Shown: piece after piece, positions 1 through 12,530 of the stretch
Layout of the letters: each line of letters begins with the position of its first letter
How positions within the stretch are numbered: the first letter of the stretch is position 1
Source of the DNA: Hydrolagus colliei
Taxonomy: Eukaryota
Length of the DNA stretch: 64,000 nucleotides
Direction of reading: 5' to 3'
Assembly (NCBI GenBank): GCA_035084275.1
Contig: CM068750.1
Span: 12,834,001 to 12,898,000, forward strand
Program-made: the position numbers and the translations under genes
The notes under the pieces: model-generated
What the model saw: only the letters and a program-made list of their open reading frames with translations
Database searches by the model: none
What the model was told of the DNA's origin: nothing

Positions 1-190
1 ATTATTTACATGTTTATGCCTTTAATTGTTTTGAAATACTGTATCCAGATTATGGCTCCTTCAATCCTCTCTTCCCTGAAGAAATCATCTCCTCATAACT
101 TTGCTTTTCATGTTAGAATTTCATAGAATTTTAGATGCAATTTTAGCTCTTTGGAGATTTTTGTCCTTGTGGTTTTCATTCTGTTTAAAG

Positions 191-289
191 GTAAGAGATA
201 ATCTTGGAATCACAACAGATAACCAGACATCTCCACCTCCTCCAGTACTAATACCACCCCTCAGGATTTTAACTCCATGGCTTTTTAAG
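191..289 (+). CDS. RALGAPA1: RALGAPA1 internal coding exon (gene starts upstream of window)
   Basis: ttaaag|...|gtaagt; encodes [33 protein letters not shown]; 99 nt, phase 0/0. Confidence 0.9.
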
Positions 290-1181
290 GTAAGTGTATT
301 TTTTAAATGTTTCTAAAAGATGAATTCCAAATAGAAAAATGGATTACTCATTATCAAACACGTTACATATGTGAGTGCATCTTTAATCAACAGGTTTCAG
401 GTTGTGCCTTTGTTGTGCATTGTCTATTGGAAGTAGCAATTTTCTAAATAACATTTATTTTTAGTACTATGGGTCAATGATTTTAATGCTTATTTGCAGC
501 ATATTTGATGGCAATGATGATCTTGACTTTTTTAAATATGTGCTTTGGATTTCTAGCAATAATGTGTTCTGCTACGGTTGGAGTATGTACGCAATCTACT
601 CCTCTGAAGTACTTAATGAACTTCACAATTGATATACAGTACAATGATTCAAAGTACAGCTTTACCTTTGGATGATACGACATCCATTTTAGAATGAAGT
701 GATATATTTCTTCAAGTTTTGGAACATTTTTGCAGTTGTGCAACAGTTGCTTCATTCTCTGGAATGTTTAAAGTTATAGCAGATGCATTGCCCAAATAAA
801 AGTGCCACAGGTTAATGCTAATAAAGAATGTAGTTCCTCTATATTGGATAACAAATTACAAGACTAGTTGATGGAAGAATTTGGAAAAATTCAAAACTCT
901 TGTTTGGGTTTGTTTTATTATAATTTTGTAAAAAAATTAAGAGGACAATGGTTACATTTGCACTTTTATACAGTAGTTAACAATTTTATTTGTCCAGTGC
1001 TAACAGAGTCTAATTTGTGCTAAGGTATTGGTCTTTCAGCTTGTTTATCCCAGAAAAAGTGACAGGAGAGTAAAGGGCACACATACATTTCAATCAATAA
1101 TGTTTTTAGTTTATAAATTAGACAAAATGTTTGCTTATTTTTTATCTATTACTTTGAAGCTAAATTTTGGTTTTCATTTAG

Positions 1182-1337
1182 GCAACAACACTACCGGAAA
1201 AATACAAACAAGGAAAGCTACATGCTTACAAGCTTATCTGTAAAATCATGAAAAGACGTCAAGATGTTTCACCTAATTCTGATTTCTTGGTTCACTTCTA
1301 CAATATAATGCACACTGGACTTTTAAATTCTGATCAG
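1182..1337 (+). CDS. RALGAPA1: RALGAPA1 coding exon
   Basis: tttag|...|gtgcgt; [52 protein letters not shown]. Confidence 0.92.
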
Positions 1338-2070
1338 GTGCGTTTTTCAAGTTTGTAAATGTAAATTGCTGTTACTTTGTTTGAAGTGGTGGTGTCCTCA
1401 GTAACCTGACATAAATAAATAAGGAGAAGTAAGATTATAGTAGAATTGTACTACAACGTTATGATAACAGCCTTGATTATTTTGAAGAGTTTCAAGTGTG
1501 AAGTAAACTAGAAATTCAACCTAGCACAATGGTATAGGACAAGTCTAGAGTGGGAGTAATAAAAATAACTGGTCAGTGGGTGCCTGGCAGAAGAGAAAGA
1601 GAAATGCAAGTTAAAATAAGTGGAAGCAAGGAGATGGAACAAGCCAATGTGTTGTGCTTTGTATGTAAAACTAGGAATATAGATATCTTGTTTGGTAATT
1701 TGTGTAGTATCTACTGCCTGTCACTGGATACTTTTGTAGAACTGAAAACTTCTAGTGAAAGGGGAAAGTTTGTGATCAATGTTATTCCAAAGTAAGTATT
1801 ATTAAAATTCAACTTCTATCCTTCAATGCAGGGTGAAAGTTAGAATTAATGTTTTGCTGCTATAAATGGAAATTTCTAGATAATTTTAGAATGCTCATTT
1901 ACTGTAAAATGTGGCCTGCCAGCAAAGAAAATCCTTTAAATATTCAACTCCATAAGAACTTCCTCTATTTGATTTCTACTGTTAAATAATTTGTGTATCA
2001 GGGAAATTTGTGTCTATTTTACATTTTTGATTTCTATTTTAATACTTTCTTTGATTTTTTTTAAATATAG

Positions 2071-2199
2071 GATATAGTAAATACAATCATCAAGCACTGT
2101 TCTCCAAGGTTCCTTTCTGTTGGGCTGCCTGGTGCCACCATGCTAATTTGGGACTTTATAGTTGCTGCGAGCAAAGTGACATCCTCCGCTTCACTCAAT
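2071..2199 (+). CDS. RALGAPA1: RALGAPA1 coding exon
   Basis: tatag|...|gtaggt; [43 protein letters not shown]. Confidence 0.92.
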
Positions 2200-2529
2200 G
2201 TAGGTCAACAGATATTTTACTCTGATAGATTGGTGAATCTATGAAATTCCTAAGAGAGGGGCTTTTGAAATTAAATGAATGTTATAATGAACAACAGTGT
2301 GCTTCATGGAAAGTACCATTAATTTTTCTGCTTAGACCATCTTGTCTTGTGTATATTTTGTTATTTTAATATTGGTGTATTGGCCACAAAATATCCAAAT
2401 GCGAGGATTATTATTATTTTCATTATTACTGTTACTTCTCTAAAGACTAGCCTCTTGGCTAGAAAAGAAATGAATTTGAATATTATTCTGTTTACCTGAA
2501 AGATGTTGAGTTCATCTCATTCATTTCAG

Positions 2530-2655
2530 GCTCCAAGAGTCGAAGCTCAGATTCTGCTTGGTTCTTTAGTCTGTTTTCCAAATTTGTACAATGATTTTCC
2601 GACGCTACTGCCTTCTGTTGCTGAGGTTTCATCCACAAAGTGTGAAGATGTCAAG
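2530..2655 (+). CDS. RALGAPA1: RALGAPA1 coding exon
   Basis: tttcag|...|gtaaaa; APRVEAQILLGSLVCFPNLYNDFPTLLPSVAEVSSTKCEDVK. Confidence 0.92.
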
Positions 2656-2984
2656 GTAAAATATGATTCATACTATCGCTGGGTTAAAGCAGAATTATCC
2701 ATTTATTTTTGAATATTCACCTGTCATAATGTAGGCATTGTTGAAGATCATGTGCCTTCCCTATTAACTAGTTAATTGGCACAATCTTCAATCTGCAGTT
2801 AGAAATCATCCCTACACTCAGTAATGCTAAGATATCTACTACTTGCCCATGATTGTTTTCTTTGGAAAAAAAACACAGAAATGGGCAAGAAGTACAGTGG
2901 TTTCTGGTGCAATTTTACATGAATTGAAGTAAATTTGTTGCACAATTAATAATCTCCATATAATCACCCCGTTTGTTATTGTAG

Positions 2985-3043
2985 GAACTTGTAGTGAAGA
3001 GCATTCTAAAGTCAGCAAGAGAAGAGCCTTCAGGTCCAGCTCG
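2985..3043 (+). CDS. RALGAPA1: RALGAPA1 coding exon
   Basis: ttgtag|...|gtaagt; ELVVKSILKSAREEPSGPA(R), ends phase 2. Confidence 0.9.
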
Positions 3044-3234
3044 GTAAGTTGAGTATTTTTTGGTTTTATTGGCATATACCTTGCATTACTGACTTTATTT
3101 TTTTGTTGTCTCTTGAGTGGTTGGGAGATAATTTTTCCCTTTTCGGGCATGGAGCCCACTGTATTATACGTATTGTGTGCATCATATTTAAGAATCTAAT
3201 GTTGACTTGACTCATTACTGGTGCTCTTTTTCAG

Positions 3235-3343
3235 ATGTGTTGCTCTTTGCAGTCTTGGCATTTGGCTTTGTGAAGAATTAGTACATGACACTCAGCATCC
3301 TCATATCAAAGAAGCTTTGAATGTGATTTGTGTAACTCTAAAG
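3235..3343 (+). CDS. RALGAPA1: RALGAPA1 coding exon
   Basis: tttcag|...|gtaaga; [36 protein letters not shown]; phase matches previous exon. Confidence 0.92.
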
Positions 3344-3442
3344 GTAAGAGCATTTTTGTTGTTGAAGTCCAGCTTTCAAAGAAAATTGTGCAATACATTT
3401 AAATAGGAAAAACCAACACAATTTTTTTAATTGTATTTGTAG

Positions 3443-3553
3443 TTCCCAAATAAAGCAGTTGCACAAGTCGCTTGCGATATTTTGCATTTATTGATCAATT
3501 ATGTGGACAAGCTTCAGAATTATCCACCAGATTCTCCCAAAAAACTTATTGAG
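3443..3553 (+). CDS. RALGAPA1: RALGAPA1 coding exon
   Basis: ttgtag|...|gtgaga; FPNKAVAQVACDILHLLINYVDKLQNYPPDSPKKLIE. Confidence 0.9.
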
Positions 3554-3761
3554 GTGAGATGTATTTTTTTTCTTCTTGTTTCATTTCTTCTTGTTAACTT
3601 GCAATGGTACACTAAGCACCAGGGCACATCTGAATGATTTTATTTGAATTGTATGAATTACATTTAACTTCAATCCTGAAAATTGTTTAGGAGTATAATA
3701 GATACTTCTGTGTTTGCTTGGCTAATTCATCTTTTATGAACCTTACTCATCTTTCCCTCAG

Positions 3762-3830
3762 ATATTGATGGCAACTGTTACTTATTTACTGCCTGGGACA
3801 GAAGTATCACCACATGAGCAAGATAAGAGA
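3762..3830 (+). CDS. RALGAPA1: RALGAPA1 coding exon
   Basis: cctcag|...|gtaagc; ILMATVTYLLPGTEVSPHEQDKR. Confidence 0.9.
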
Positions 3831-3954
3831 GTAAGCATGAGGCTAAAAGATAATTTTAATAAATGTATATGTCAGAGAAAGACATTTTATAAATAAATAT
3901 GCTCCCAGGCTTGGCATTTTTGTCAACTACTTTTTGTTTTATTCCATTTCACAG

Positions 3955-4089
3955 CTAGTAGTATCTCTGCTACTCTGCCTTTTGGACTGGTGTATGGTGC
4001 TGCCTTTAAATACACTGCTTCAACCTGTACACACTGCAGGACAGGATAAAGATAAAGCTGACAAATCAGTTCTCAGTTGTATTTATAAG
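3955..4089 (+). CDS. RALGAPA1: RALGAPA1 coding exon
   Basis: tcacag|...|gtttgc; [45 protein letters not shown]. Confidence 0.92.
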
Positions 4090-4204
4090 GTTTGCAAATA
4101 TCTCTTACATCATAGTATTGTTTTTATAGTTTATTTTAATAAAACAAGTTAACTTTAATGAAGTTATCTTCAAATTTGTAAGAACTTGTTTTGTTTGTCA
4201 ACAG

Positions 4205-4388
4205 GTGCTACATGGCTGTGTCTATGGAGCTCAGTGCTTAAGTAATCCCAGATATTTTCCCCTGAACGTATCTGATCTAGCTTCTGTTGACTATGATCCA
4301 TTCTTGCACTTGGAAAGCTTGAAAGAACCGGAACCGTTGCACTCCCCTGACTCCGAGCGCTCGTCAAAACTCCAAACTGTCACAGAGG
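4205..4388 (+). CDS. RALGAPA1: RALGAPA1 coding exon
   Basis: caacag|...|gtatgt; [61 protein letters not shown], ends phase 1. Confidence 0.92.
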
Positions 4389-5131
4389 GTATGTAGCAAA
4401 ATATGTCATCCAGTTCTCTCTTCCTTCAAAGATGCAGATAAACTTTATGATGAACATTTTGCCAATTATAGATTGCTCAACCTATAATATACTGTTGGTA
4501 TGAGATACACTTTCTCTTCATATCTTCTCATGGGTTAAATATTTTCTCAATGCACAACCATAACTGATGTAAACTTTGGTTTGGAAACGACTTACTCTAA
4601 TATAGATTTGTGGAGTAACACAAGGAATTTAGAGTTTGTTGTATAGAAATACCCTTTTTACTTAAAAAAAATTGCTGACTAGATTGTATGCATAATACAA
4701 TATTTCACCCATGTTTTTCAGAATAACCATCTAAGGAAAAATCTAAATTTTATATACAATGCATCAACAAGTTGCATTTATATAGCACTCTTTCCTGCAA
4801 TAATATCTCAGCACTTTACAAAGCCACTCTTCCCATCTCAAGTCTTAATCCTTTCCTTTCTGTCTCTTAGTTTTAAAAGATAAAATAGTAAAATATATTT
4901 TTCTGGGATACAGGAACACTTTTTTTGATAATACTATAATAAATAATAAATCCTTGCATTTATTATAGTACTGTTCATGTTGGGAAGATGCCTCAAAGTG
5001 TTCAGCAGGATTTCCTGTAATGTGTAGTGACTGTAACATGTTTATCAGAGTTCCACAAAATGCCTTTTGAATGAACACAGGGTAAATTCAGGGAAATCCT
5101 TTGTCAGTCATCCAAGTGAAATACCTGTTAG

Positions 5132-5150
5132 CTGTCACTAGAGGGCATCG
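5132..5150 (+). promoter_or_regulatory. CTCF-like motif (intronic)
   Basis: CTGTCACTAGAGGGCATCG. Confidence 0.4.
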
Positions 5151-5219
5151 TCCGCCATTATTTATTTTAAATTGAGATAACTTCCTTGCAAACAGGTTCT
5201 TTCCAGAAATCTGATTCTT

Positions 5220-5430
5220 CTTTAGACTTCAGCCACTACGCCCAAAACTCTTGAACTCATTCCTTCAATCCCTCCACCTTTCCCCTCTTTCAAATCCAGC
5301 CTAAAGACCTTTTTGATCATGTTTACAGCCACCTCCCTCTCCCCTGGCTCAGCGTCAGACTCTGTCACTGCCATGCACTCCAGGACACTACCTTGCATGA
5401 AGTGTGCTCCATAAATGAAAGTTGTTCTTT
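5220..5430 (+). mobile_element. Older L2 3' fragment
   Basis: Degenerate FS.YAPK..NS.P..L....FKSSLKTFL coding remnant plus tail-like end. Confidence 0.55.
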
Positions 5431-6419
5431 GCATGTATTTGTGCAGATTGGTTTTGAGCTCAAGTTAAAAGCGTCTTATTCTTTTTTGAAAAAAAGCCTT
5501 TGTTACTTGTTTACATTTATATCAGATCACTTTGCAGCGCAAAAGAAAGCCATTTGGCCTGTCGTGTCTATAATGGGTCTTTGAAAATGACAAATAGCTT
5601 TCATAATTGGAAATTCTCAATTTCATAAATGTGTGAATGCCTATGCAACTTAATTTTTGACCTGCTAATCCTGTATCAACAAGAATCCATGGAGAATGTG
5701 TATCTCCTAGATTTGTTTCCTACATACGATGCCTTGGATTTATCTGTATTGAACGACTAGTGATCAACCCAAGTGCATGTCAAGGTTCTGTTGTAAAATT
5801 TCAACGTGGCCCTTGATTCCTAGATTCCTCTAACTTCATGTCTGGAAATGAAATGTAGGATCTTACACTGGTCCTGCAAAATCTACACTAACAGCAGGTG
5901 TTCCAGAATGGTCCTCAGGACAATATCTTTCATCTACCCTCTTCTGCTACCACCATTCCCTCCCCACACACACACACACTCTCTTTTCACCTTTTATAAT
6001 TGTCTGCTTCCATCCATTTTAGACAGTTCATAACCCACAATCATGTCATACCTTCGACACTCTGGTACATACCGATTTATAAAGGAGAATTTTGTCTTTT
6101 GAAAGTCCAGGTACACAACTTTATGTGACTGATTACTGTCGAATTGGATAGTGTAACTTTCATGGTACTGTACAGAAAATCTTTACATTTCAAATGAGTA
6201 TTCAGAAGTGCTGCAATGTAGTCTTAAATTAAGTTTAAACAATTGTGTTGAAACACCCATAATATCGTCCCTTTCAGTGCTAAATCAAACATTTGATTCT
6301 TTTGATCAACAGTTAACTTTTTTGACACCAGTATGTAGAATTCATTAATTGGTGTGCTTTTAATATAATTCATATTTTTAATATAATACATATTTTTAAT
6401 GCATGTGAACTAATTTTGT

Positions 6420-6805
6420 TAGTTTCAAAGCCCTCCACGGCCTCACCCTACCTCTGCGATCTCCTAACCCCCTACCAACCTGCCCGCCCCTTCTGCTCAG
6501 TAGGCTCTGGCCTGTTCCACGTCCCCCAACCCACCCACCCCACCATTGGCGGGCAAGCCTCATCCACTGCCCCCAACCTCTGGAACTCCATCCTGCAATC
6601 TTTATGCTTCTCCCTAACCTCCTTCAAGTCCTGCCTTAAGACCTTCTCTTCGACGGTTCCATTGGTCACCCCAAATCCTCACCCCACTTTCCCTCCAGTG
6701 TCCTTGACCCCAGTTCAGGTCTGAAACAATGACTGTCCAGCGACTTGGGACGTCCTCCTGATGTGAACGGCGCTATACAAGTGTAATTTTGTTGTTGTTG
6801 TTTTG
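6420..6805 (+). mobile_element. L2-clade LINE 3' fragment
   Basis: Translates as LLTPYQPARP..S.GSGL..VP...GG.A..APNLWNS...FKSCLKT, typical of the L2 ORF2 C-terminus; tail ...ggcgctatacaagtgtaattttgttgttgttg. Confidence 0.8.
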
Positions 6806-8526
6806 AGAACTGCTGAGAAAAGATCACAGTGCTAGAAAGCAAATAAAAACATTGAAACTGATGAGCTCAATATCTGTATGGCTGCCTTTATTTAGTACTA
6901 TTCACTATTAATGTTGAGTTTCCTTCAGGGCACCATAACGGTATTACAGATTAGATAAATGCTGAACCTTTTACTGTGGCTGTATGCTAACAGTGATTTT
7001 TCTTGCCTATAATATCTGCATGTTGCTTTTCATGGGAAGAAAATTGCTAATCATCACAGCTTTGTTTAAGGCATGTTTCGTTCTCATCAAGCAGTTTTAA
7101 GCCATTGGTGAAGTGCCAAACTATTCTAAGCATAGCTGTCTCTAATAAGCTCAGCATTGGATTCAACAAGCTTGATTGGTCGTTGTCAGTAGGATAAGAG
7201 GTTATTACAAAATGCAACAGTGCTACAGTAAGATGTTGGCCATTTGTCGAATGGTAGTGTCCTCTTACTAAAAAAAAATATAGACGATCAGCTTCAGGCT
7301 TAGCTTTAAACACAATCAAAAGAGGATTTCAAGATTGTTTTATCATTCTTGTATTTGAACAATCTGTAAGGAATTCAACAAACGGAAAAGATTACTTTCC
7401 AAAACATGAAATCCTTCAATAACTTATTTCTAGTTAGTTATCCACTGGTTCCTGCAAAGGCAGATTCTCCTCTTCCCAATATAGTTAATAATGGCTATGC
7501 CCAGAAGGTGGTTTCTGGTGGCAATCATCAGCCAAAACTGCCTTCTTTGCTCCACTGAAAGTTAGAATTGCTTCATGGAAATCTTCAATCCATTTGGACT
7601 ATAATGACAAATCAAAACATTTTGCACTCTTGTTCATTTACGAAAAAGATCTGTTGTGTGAGATTATTGCTACCTTGATATTCTCCAACTTCTGCTTGAA
7701 TTGCAATCAAAACCAAATTCCATCTGCAGATAATCTTAAAATACCATATTCATGTTGGACTGCTTCCTGAGTGGAATCCCAGTGAGGAATATTAATATTT
7801 TCATCTATTAACAGTAAAGCCCCATTATAACCTGGGTGGCCTGTGGACCCGCCACAGACTTCCTGCTTCCCTGACACATTTTTGGAAAAAAAACTGAAGG
7901 GTACCTTCTGGGGCCAATTGCTACTAATGCCTTTTCCAGTGTGTTGCACGGGTGCAGTGCACAGGAAGTGATGTAGGGCAGTAGACCTGATGACCCAGAA
8001 ATGTTTTTTTTAGCATGTTAAGCTGGCTGTCTTTCTGTGCTTGTGCAATGTCACTGGTTGTATGATTGGGATGTCATAATGTAGAGGTGCTGATGAATGA
8101 TGGCATCCCATTATATGCATTTTATGGACCTCCAAATTCATAACTGGTTTGTAATGCACTCAATTTCATAAAATTATTACCTACCAATAATAATCCTTGC
8201 ATTTGATACAGTGCCTAGAATGTTGAATCATCTCAAAGCATTTCATAGATAATTGCTGTCAAGTCTAATAACTTTTTGTAGGCAAACTCTGCAACCAATT
8301 TGCATACAGCAGACAACAATAACACAATTAATGTCCAAACTGCCTTGAGGTATACTCTTGTATGATTATACTATACCAAAGTAAAATATTGTTCAAAAAC
8401 GTTTGTGACTTGCAATGTCACTCCAGATGATATTAATTTATTTATTATTGCAACTGTTGGTGTTTTTAAATGTTTATAAGACAAGTCACATTTTCTACCA
8501 CTTAAAAAAAAATGTTTCTTTTACAG

Positions 8527-9391
8527 TGAGGAGCCGCATACAGCAGGGTTTGATCTCAATTGCTGCCCGGACTGTGGTAATTCATTTGGTGAATCATGTT
8601 GGCCATTACCCATTGGGTGGAGGTCCAGCAATGCTCACCAGCCTGATAAGTGAAAACCATGACAATCCTTTCACGGACTGCACTGAGCTTTCTCCTGAGC
8701 TCTTTGAGAATCCAAATCTCCAATTTTTTGTACTGAATGGTACCACCCTTATTTCATACCTTGAAATCCCTGTTGAGGATAATATCCCAGGAGGAGGGAT
8801 GTCAGCTGGACTCACAACAGCTACCTCAAATGTTAGAGTGATAGTACGGGATATATCGGGTAAATACTCCTGGGATTCTGCAATCTTATATGGACCACCT
8901 CAGTACTGTCAACCAAGGCATGTTGCTCACAAGTTCACCAATGTCAATAAACAGGAACAGTTGGCCGAACCTGTCTTCAATGAAAGCGAAATTGATGATG
9001 CTGCTTTAAGGGAGTATTTGGTACCTCAAGCTAAAAGAAGGTGTAGAGAAGTAGTGCCATCTTGGGATGTGATTCATGATGATGAGGATGCGCTGGATGA
9101 GATGCTCCAATACCTGGGTTCCACTAGCCCAGAGTGTCTCCAGAGAGCTGGTGTGCAGCTGAATGTCCCAGCTCCACCCCCTGTCTGCATTTCAGAAAAA
9201 CAGGAAAATGATGTTATGAATGCAATTCTGAAACAATACACTGAAGAGAAGGAGTTTGTGGAGAAGTTTAGCAACAACCTGAATATGAAAGCAATGGAAC
9301 AGGAGGAACTTGGTCCACAGGAACCCCAGTCTGTATTTTACTATTGCAGAATGCTGCTGAATATTCTTGGCATGAACTCTTGGGATAAAAG
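8527..9391 (+). CDS. RALGAPA1: RALGAPA1 large coding exon (865 nt)
   Basis: ttacag|...|gtaagg; (V)[28 protein letters not shown]...[17 protein letters not shown]...[12 protein letters not shown](R); core of ORF 8415-9395. Confidence 0.95.
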
Positions 9392-10923
9392 GTAAGGTGT
9401 AAAATGTGAGATATGGTGTACTTAATTATGAATGTGCCTAACTGGCTTGTCAACAGATAATTCTCTATATCACAGTGCCTCTTAAGTGAAGTGGTTTTCT
9501 GAAAGTATGTTTTGATTGATGCCTTGTTAGATTTTTAAATTCTGAACATTCTATCAATCTTTTATAACAAAATTCCTTCCAGATTTTGAAGGGTCCAAAT
9601 TAATTTAACTTCTTAAATCTTTCAGTCTCTTGTGAAAATTGGAAGTTCCATATGTAAGTGTGATGTATGCTGTTCTTTAAATCTTAATTTAAGAGACAAA
9701 GGGCAGCTCATTGACACTTTGCTTAATCACTGAACAAACTGTATCATAATGGAACACGAGAAATAGTAGTTATCACATCACCACCAAGGATGCAAAATGC
9801 CTGTTGTAGACTCCTAGTTTGCCTAATTTATAACCGTTGTTGTAATTTATTGTCAGCGGAAAGAGTTAGATTCTGGAAGTTATTTTACCATCATACTATT
9901 TGCAATTTATGTTGAGGCATTGAATCCCTAACTCTCAAGTTCTACAAGTACTAATATTGCTGAAAGTTTTTATTTTTGTTGAGAGTGGCAATGCCAAACC
10001 AATATTCAAGTTAATTTAAAGAATTAATTTTTTTAAACCCACAGAAATATTTAAATTTGGGGAAAAGATTGTCATGACAAGCATTGCAAACAAATTATTC
10101 GAATGGAGTAAATATAAAATAACTGGTTTATAGTGCTGCTATTTTTGCTGGTATTTTTCTATCTAAAGTACAACTCTTCATTTTATGGTGATTTTGCTTC
10201 TCTACATTGTCTTTATTCTTGCAATTTAGTTCTCTCACCAATATAGATGTTCTATTAACTGGTGTTCCCGTCACTACTACACAGCAGTAAAGATTTGCAT
10301 AGAAAAACCTTTTGCTTATTATTTTACGCAAGAACTTCTTTTGTTGAAAAAAAATCAGTCACAAGCTATTTGAAATTACCTGGATTAGTTTTTTTTTGTG
10401 TCCAATTCTTTACATATTCATATGCTATTTGAAAGCATCCATCACAATACACGATGAATGCCCATAATTAGCAATAGACAGGGATACCTCAGCAGGGATC
10501 CTTTTCAGTTCTTGCAATAAAGAAAACTAATTAAAAGAGTATCTATAAAAATAGAAGATTTTTCTTGCCACTCTTTCAATTATATAATTTACAGGAAGCC
10601 CACATAAAATAGAAAAGAATAAATAGATGAACAATAGGTACAAAAGTAGGGAGAATAAATTCTTCTTTACTAATGAATTGCAAGATTTCCTCGTGATCAG
10701 TTTACCCCCCCACCTCCTCCCCTCGCCTCCTCTGCTACCCACCAGTGGATCCAAAATGCTTGTACCCCCAATACTGGTGCAAGCTCCAGTAGGAAAATCA
10801 CAACCTTTATTTTTCAAGTGGTCAACCTTTCCCACATGTTACTTAGCTCAGAATGTGCAGAGAGCCTCTGAGATTAAGGAACCTCCCTTATACTGAGCAC
10901 ATTTCAAACATGTGGGTAGCCAG

Positions 10924-12530
10924 TAGGGAACGGCGATATATCGGTATATCGGTAAAACCCGATATGATTTTCATATCGGTATGCCGATATAGACATTTTA
11001 AAAATACCGATATATCGAAAAACTATATATCGAGGTAAAAAATCGGGATGCGAGCACAATCAACTACAAGACCCAGAATGCTCATCTCTATACACAATGC
11101 ACATACCGAGGTGCAAAGCCGCCATCTTGTATTCATAGTCCTCGAATACAATATACAGGTATGCAAGGGGTGGGGGAAGAGAAATGGCTGTGGGTGGGGG
11201 GGTGAGGTGGAGAGAGACTGCTGGGGGTGGGGTGTGAGGGGGAGAGAGACTGCTGGGGGGGGTGAGGGGGAGAGAGATGGGGGGAGGGGGAGATAGACGG
11301 CTGGGGGGGGGAGAGGGGGAGAGAGACGGCTGGGGGGGGGAGAGGGGGAGAGAGACGGCTGGGGGGGGGAGAGGGGGAGAGAGACGGCTGGGGGGGGAGG
11401 AGAGGGGGAGAGAGACGGCTGGGGGGAGGGGGAGATAGACGGCTGGGGGGGGAGAGGGGGAGAGAGACGGCTGGGGGGGGGAGAGGGGGAGAGAGACGGC
11501 TGGGGGGGGGAGAGGGGGAGAGAGACGGCTGGGGGGGGGAGAGGGGGAGAGAGACGGCTGGGGGGGGGAGAGGGGGAGAGAGACGGCTGGGGGGGGGAGG
11601 AGAGGGGGAGAGAGATGGCTGGGGGGAGGGGGAGATAGACGGCTGGGGGGGGAGGGGGAGAGAGACGGCTGGGGGGAGGGGGAGATAGACGGCTGGGGGG
11701 GCGGGAGAGGGGAGAGAGACGGATGGGGGGGGGGAGAGGGGGAGAGAGACGGCTGGGGGGGGGAGAGGGGAGAGAGACGGCTGGGGGGTGGGGGGAGAGG
11801 GGGAGAGAGACGGCTGGGAGGGGGAGAGAGATGGCTGGGGGGGAGAGGGGGAGAGAGATGGCTGGGGGGGAGAGGGGGAGAGAGACGGCTGGGGGGGGGG
11901 AGGAGAGGGGGAGAGAGACGGCTGGGGGGAGGGGGAGAGAGACGGCTGGGGGGGGAGGGAGAGAGAGACGGCGAGGGGGGGGGAGAGAGACGGCTGGGGG
12001 GAGGGGGAGAGACGGCTGGGGGGGGGAGGGAGAGAGACGGCTGGGGGGGGGAGGAGAGGGGGAGAGAGACGGCTGGGGGGAGGGGGAGAGAGACGGCTGG
12101 TGGGGGAGGGAGAGAGAGACGGCGGGGGGGGGAGGGAGAAAGAGACGGCTGGGGGGGTGGTGGGGGAGAGAGACGATGGGGGTGGTGGGTGCGAGAGAGG
12201 GACGGCGGGGGGGGGTGGGGGGGAGAGACGGGGTGGATGTGATAATATACAGATAGATAGAGATGGGGGGGATGTGAGAGGGAGAGAGACATGGAGAGAC
12301 ACAGACAGAAAAACACAGAGATGGAGAGAGTGAGAGACACAGAGAGAGAAAGATATTTACCTCCTGAGAAGATAGGCCCTGAATGCGCGCGCACCCGGAA
12401 CGCGCGCGCACTCCGATGTGCGCGCGCATGCGCAGTACGAAAAAATGGAAAATATCGGTATTTCGGTATATCTCGATATGAGCCAACCGATATATCGATA
12501 TCCGGAAAATTCCCATATCGCCGTTCCCTA
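10924..12530. mobile_element. Non-autonomous hAT (Ac-like) DNA transposon
   Basis: Perfect 16-bp TIRs TAGGGAACGGCGATAT (10924-10939) / ATATCGCCGTTCCCTA (12515-12530); perfect 8-bp TSD GTAGCCAG (10916-10923, 12531-12538); subterminal CGATAT/ATATCG repeats; no transposase ORF. Confidence 0.92.
11200..12235. repeat. G-rich minisatellite, unit about GGGGGAGAGAGACGGCTGGGGGGG(GAGA), inside the hAT element
   Basis: Dozens of tandem units of variable G-run length; source of the Pro/Ser- and Gly/Glu/Arg-rich ORFs. Confidence 0.95.

Noticed and set aside
8415-8526. ATG start of the 326-aa ORF
   Set aside because: Intronic read-in; similarity begins at the acceptor at 8527 in phase with the upstream exon
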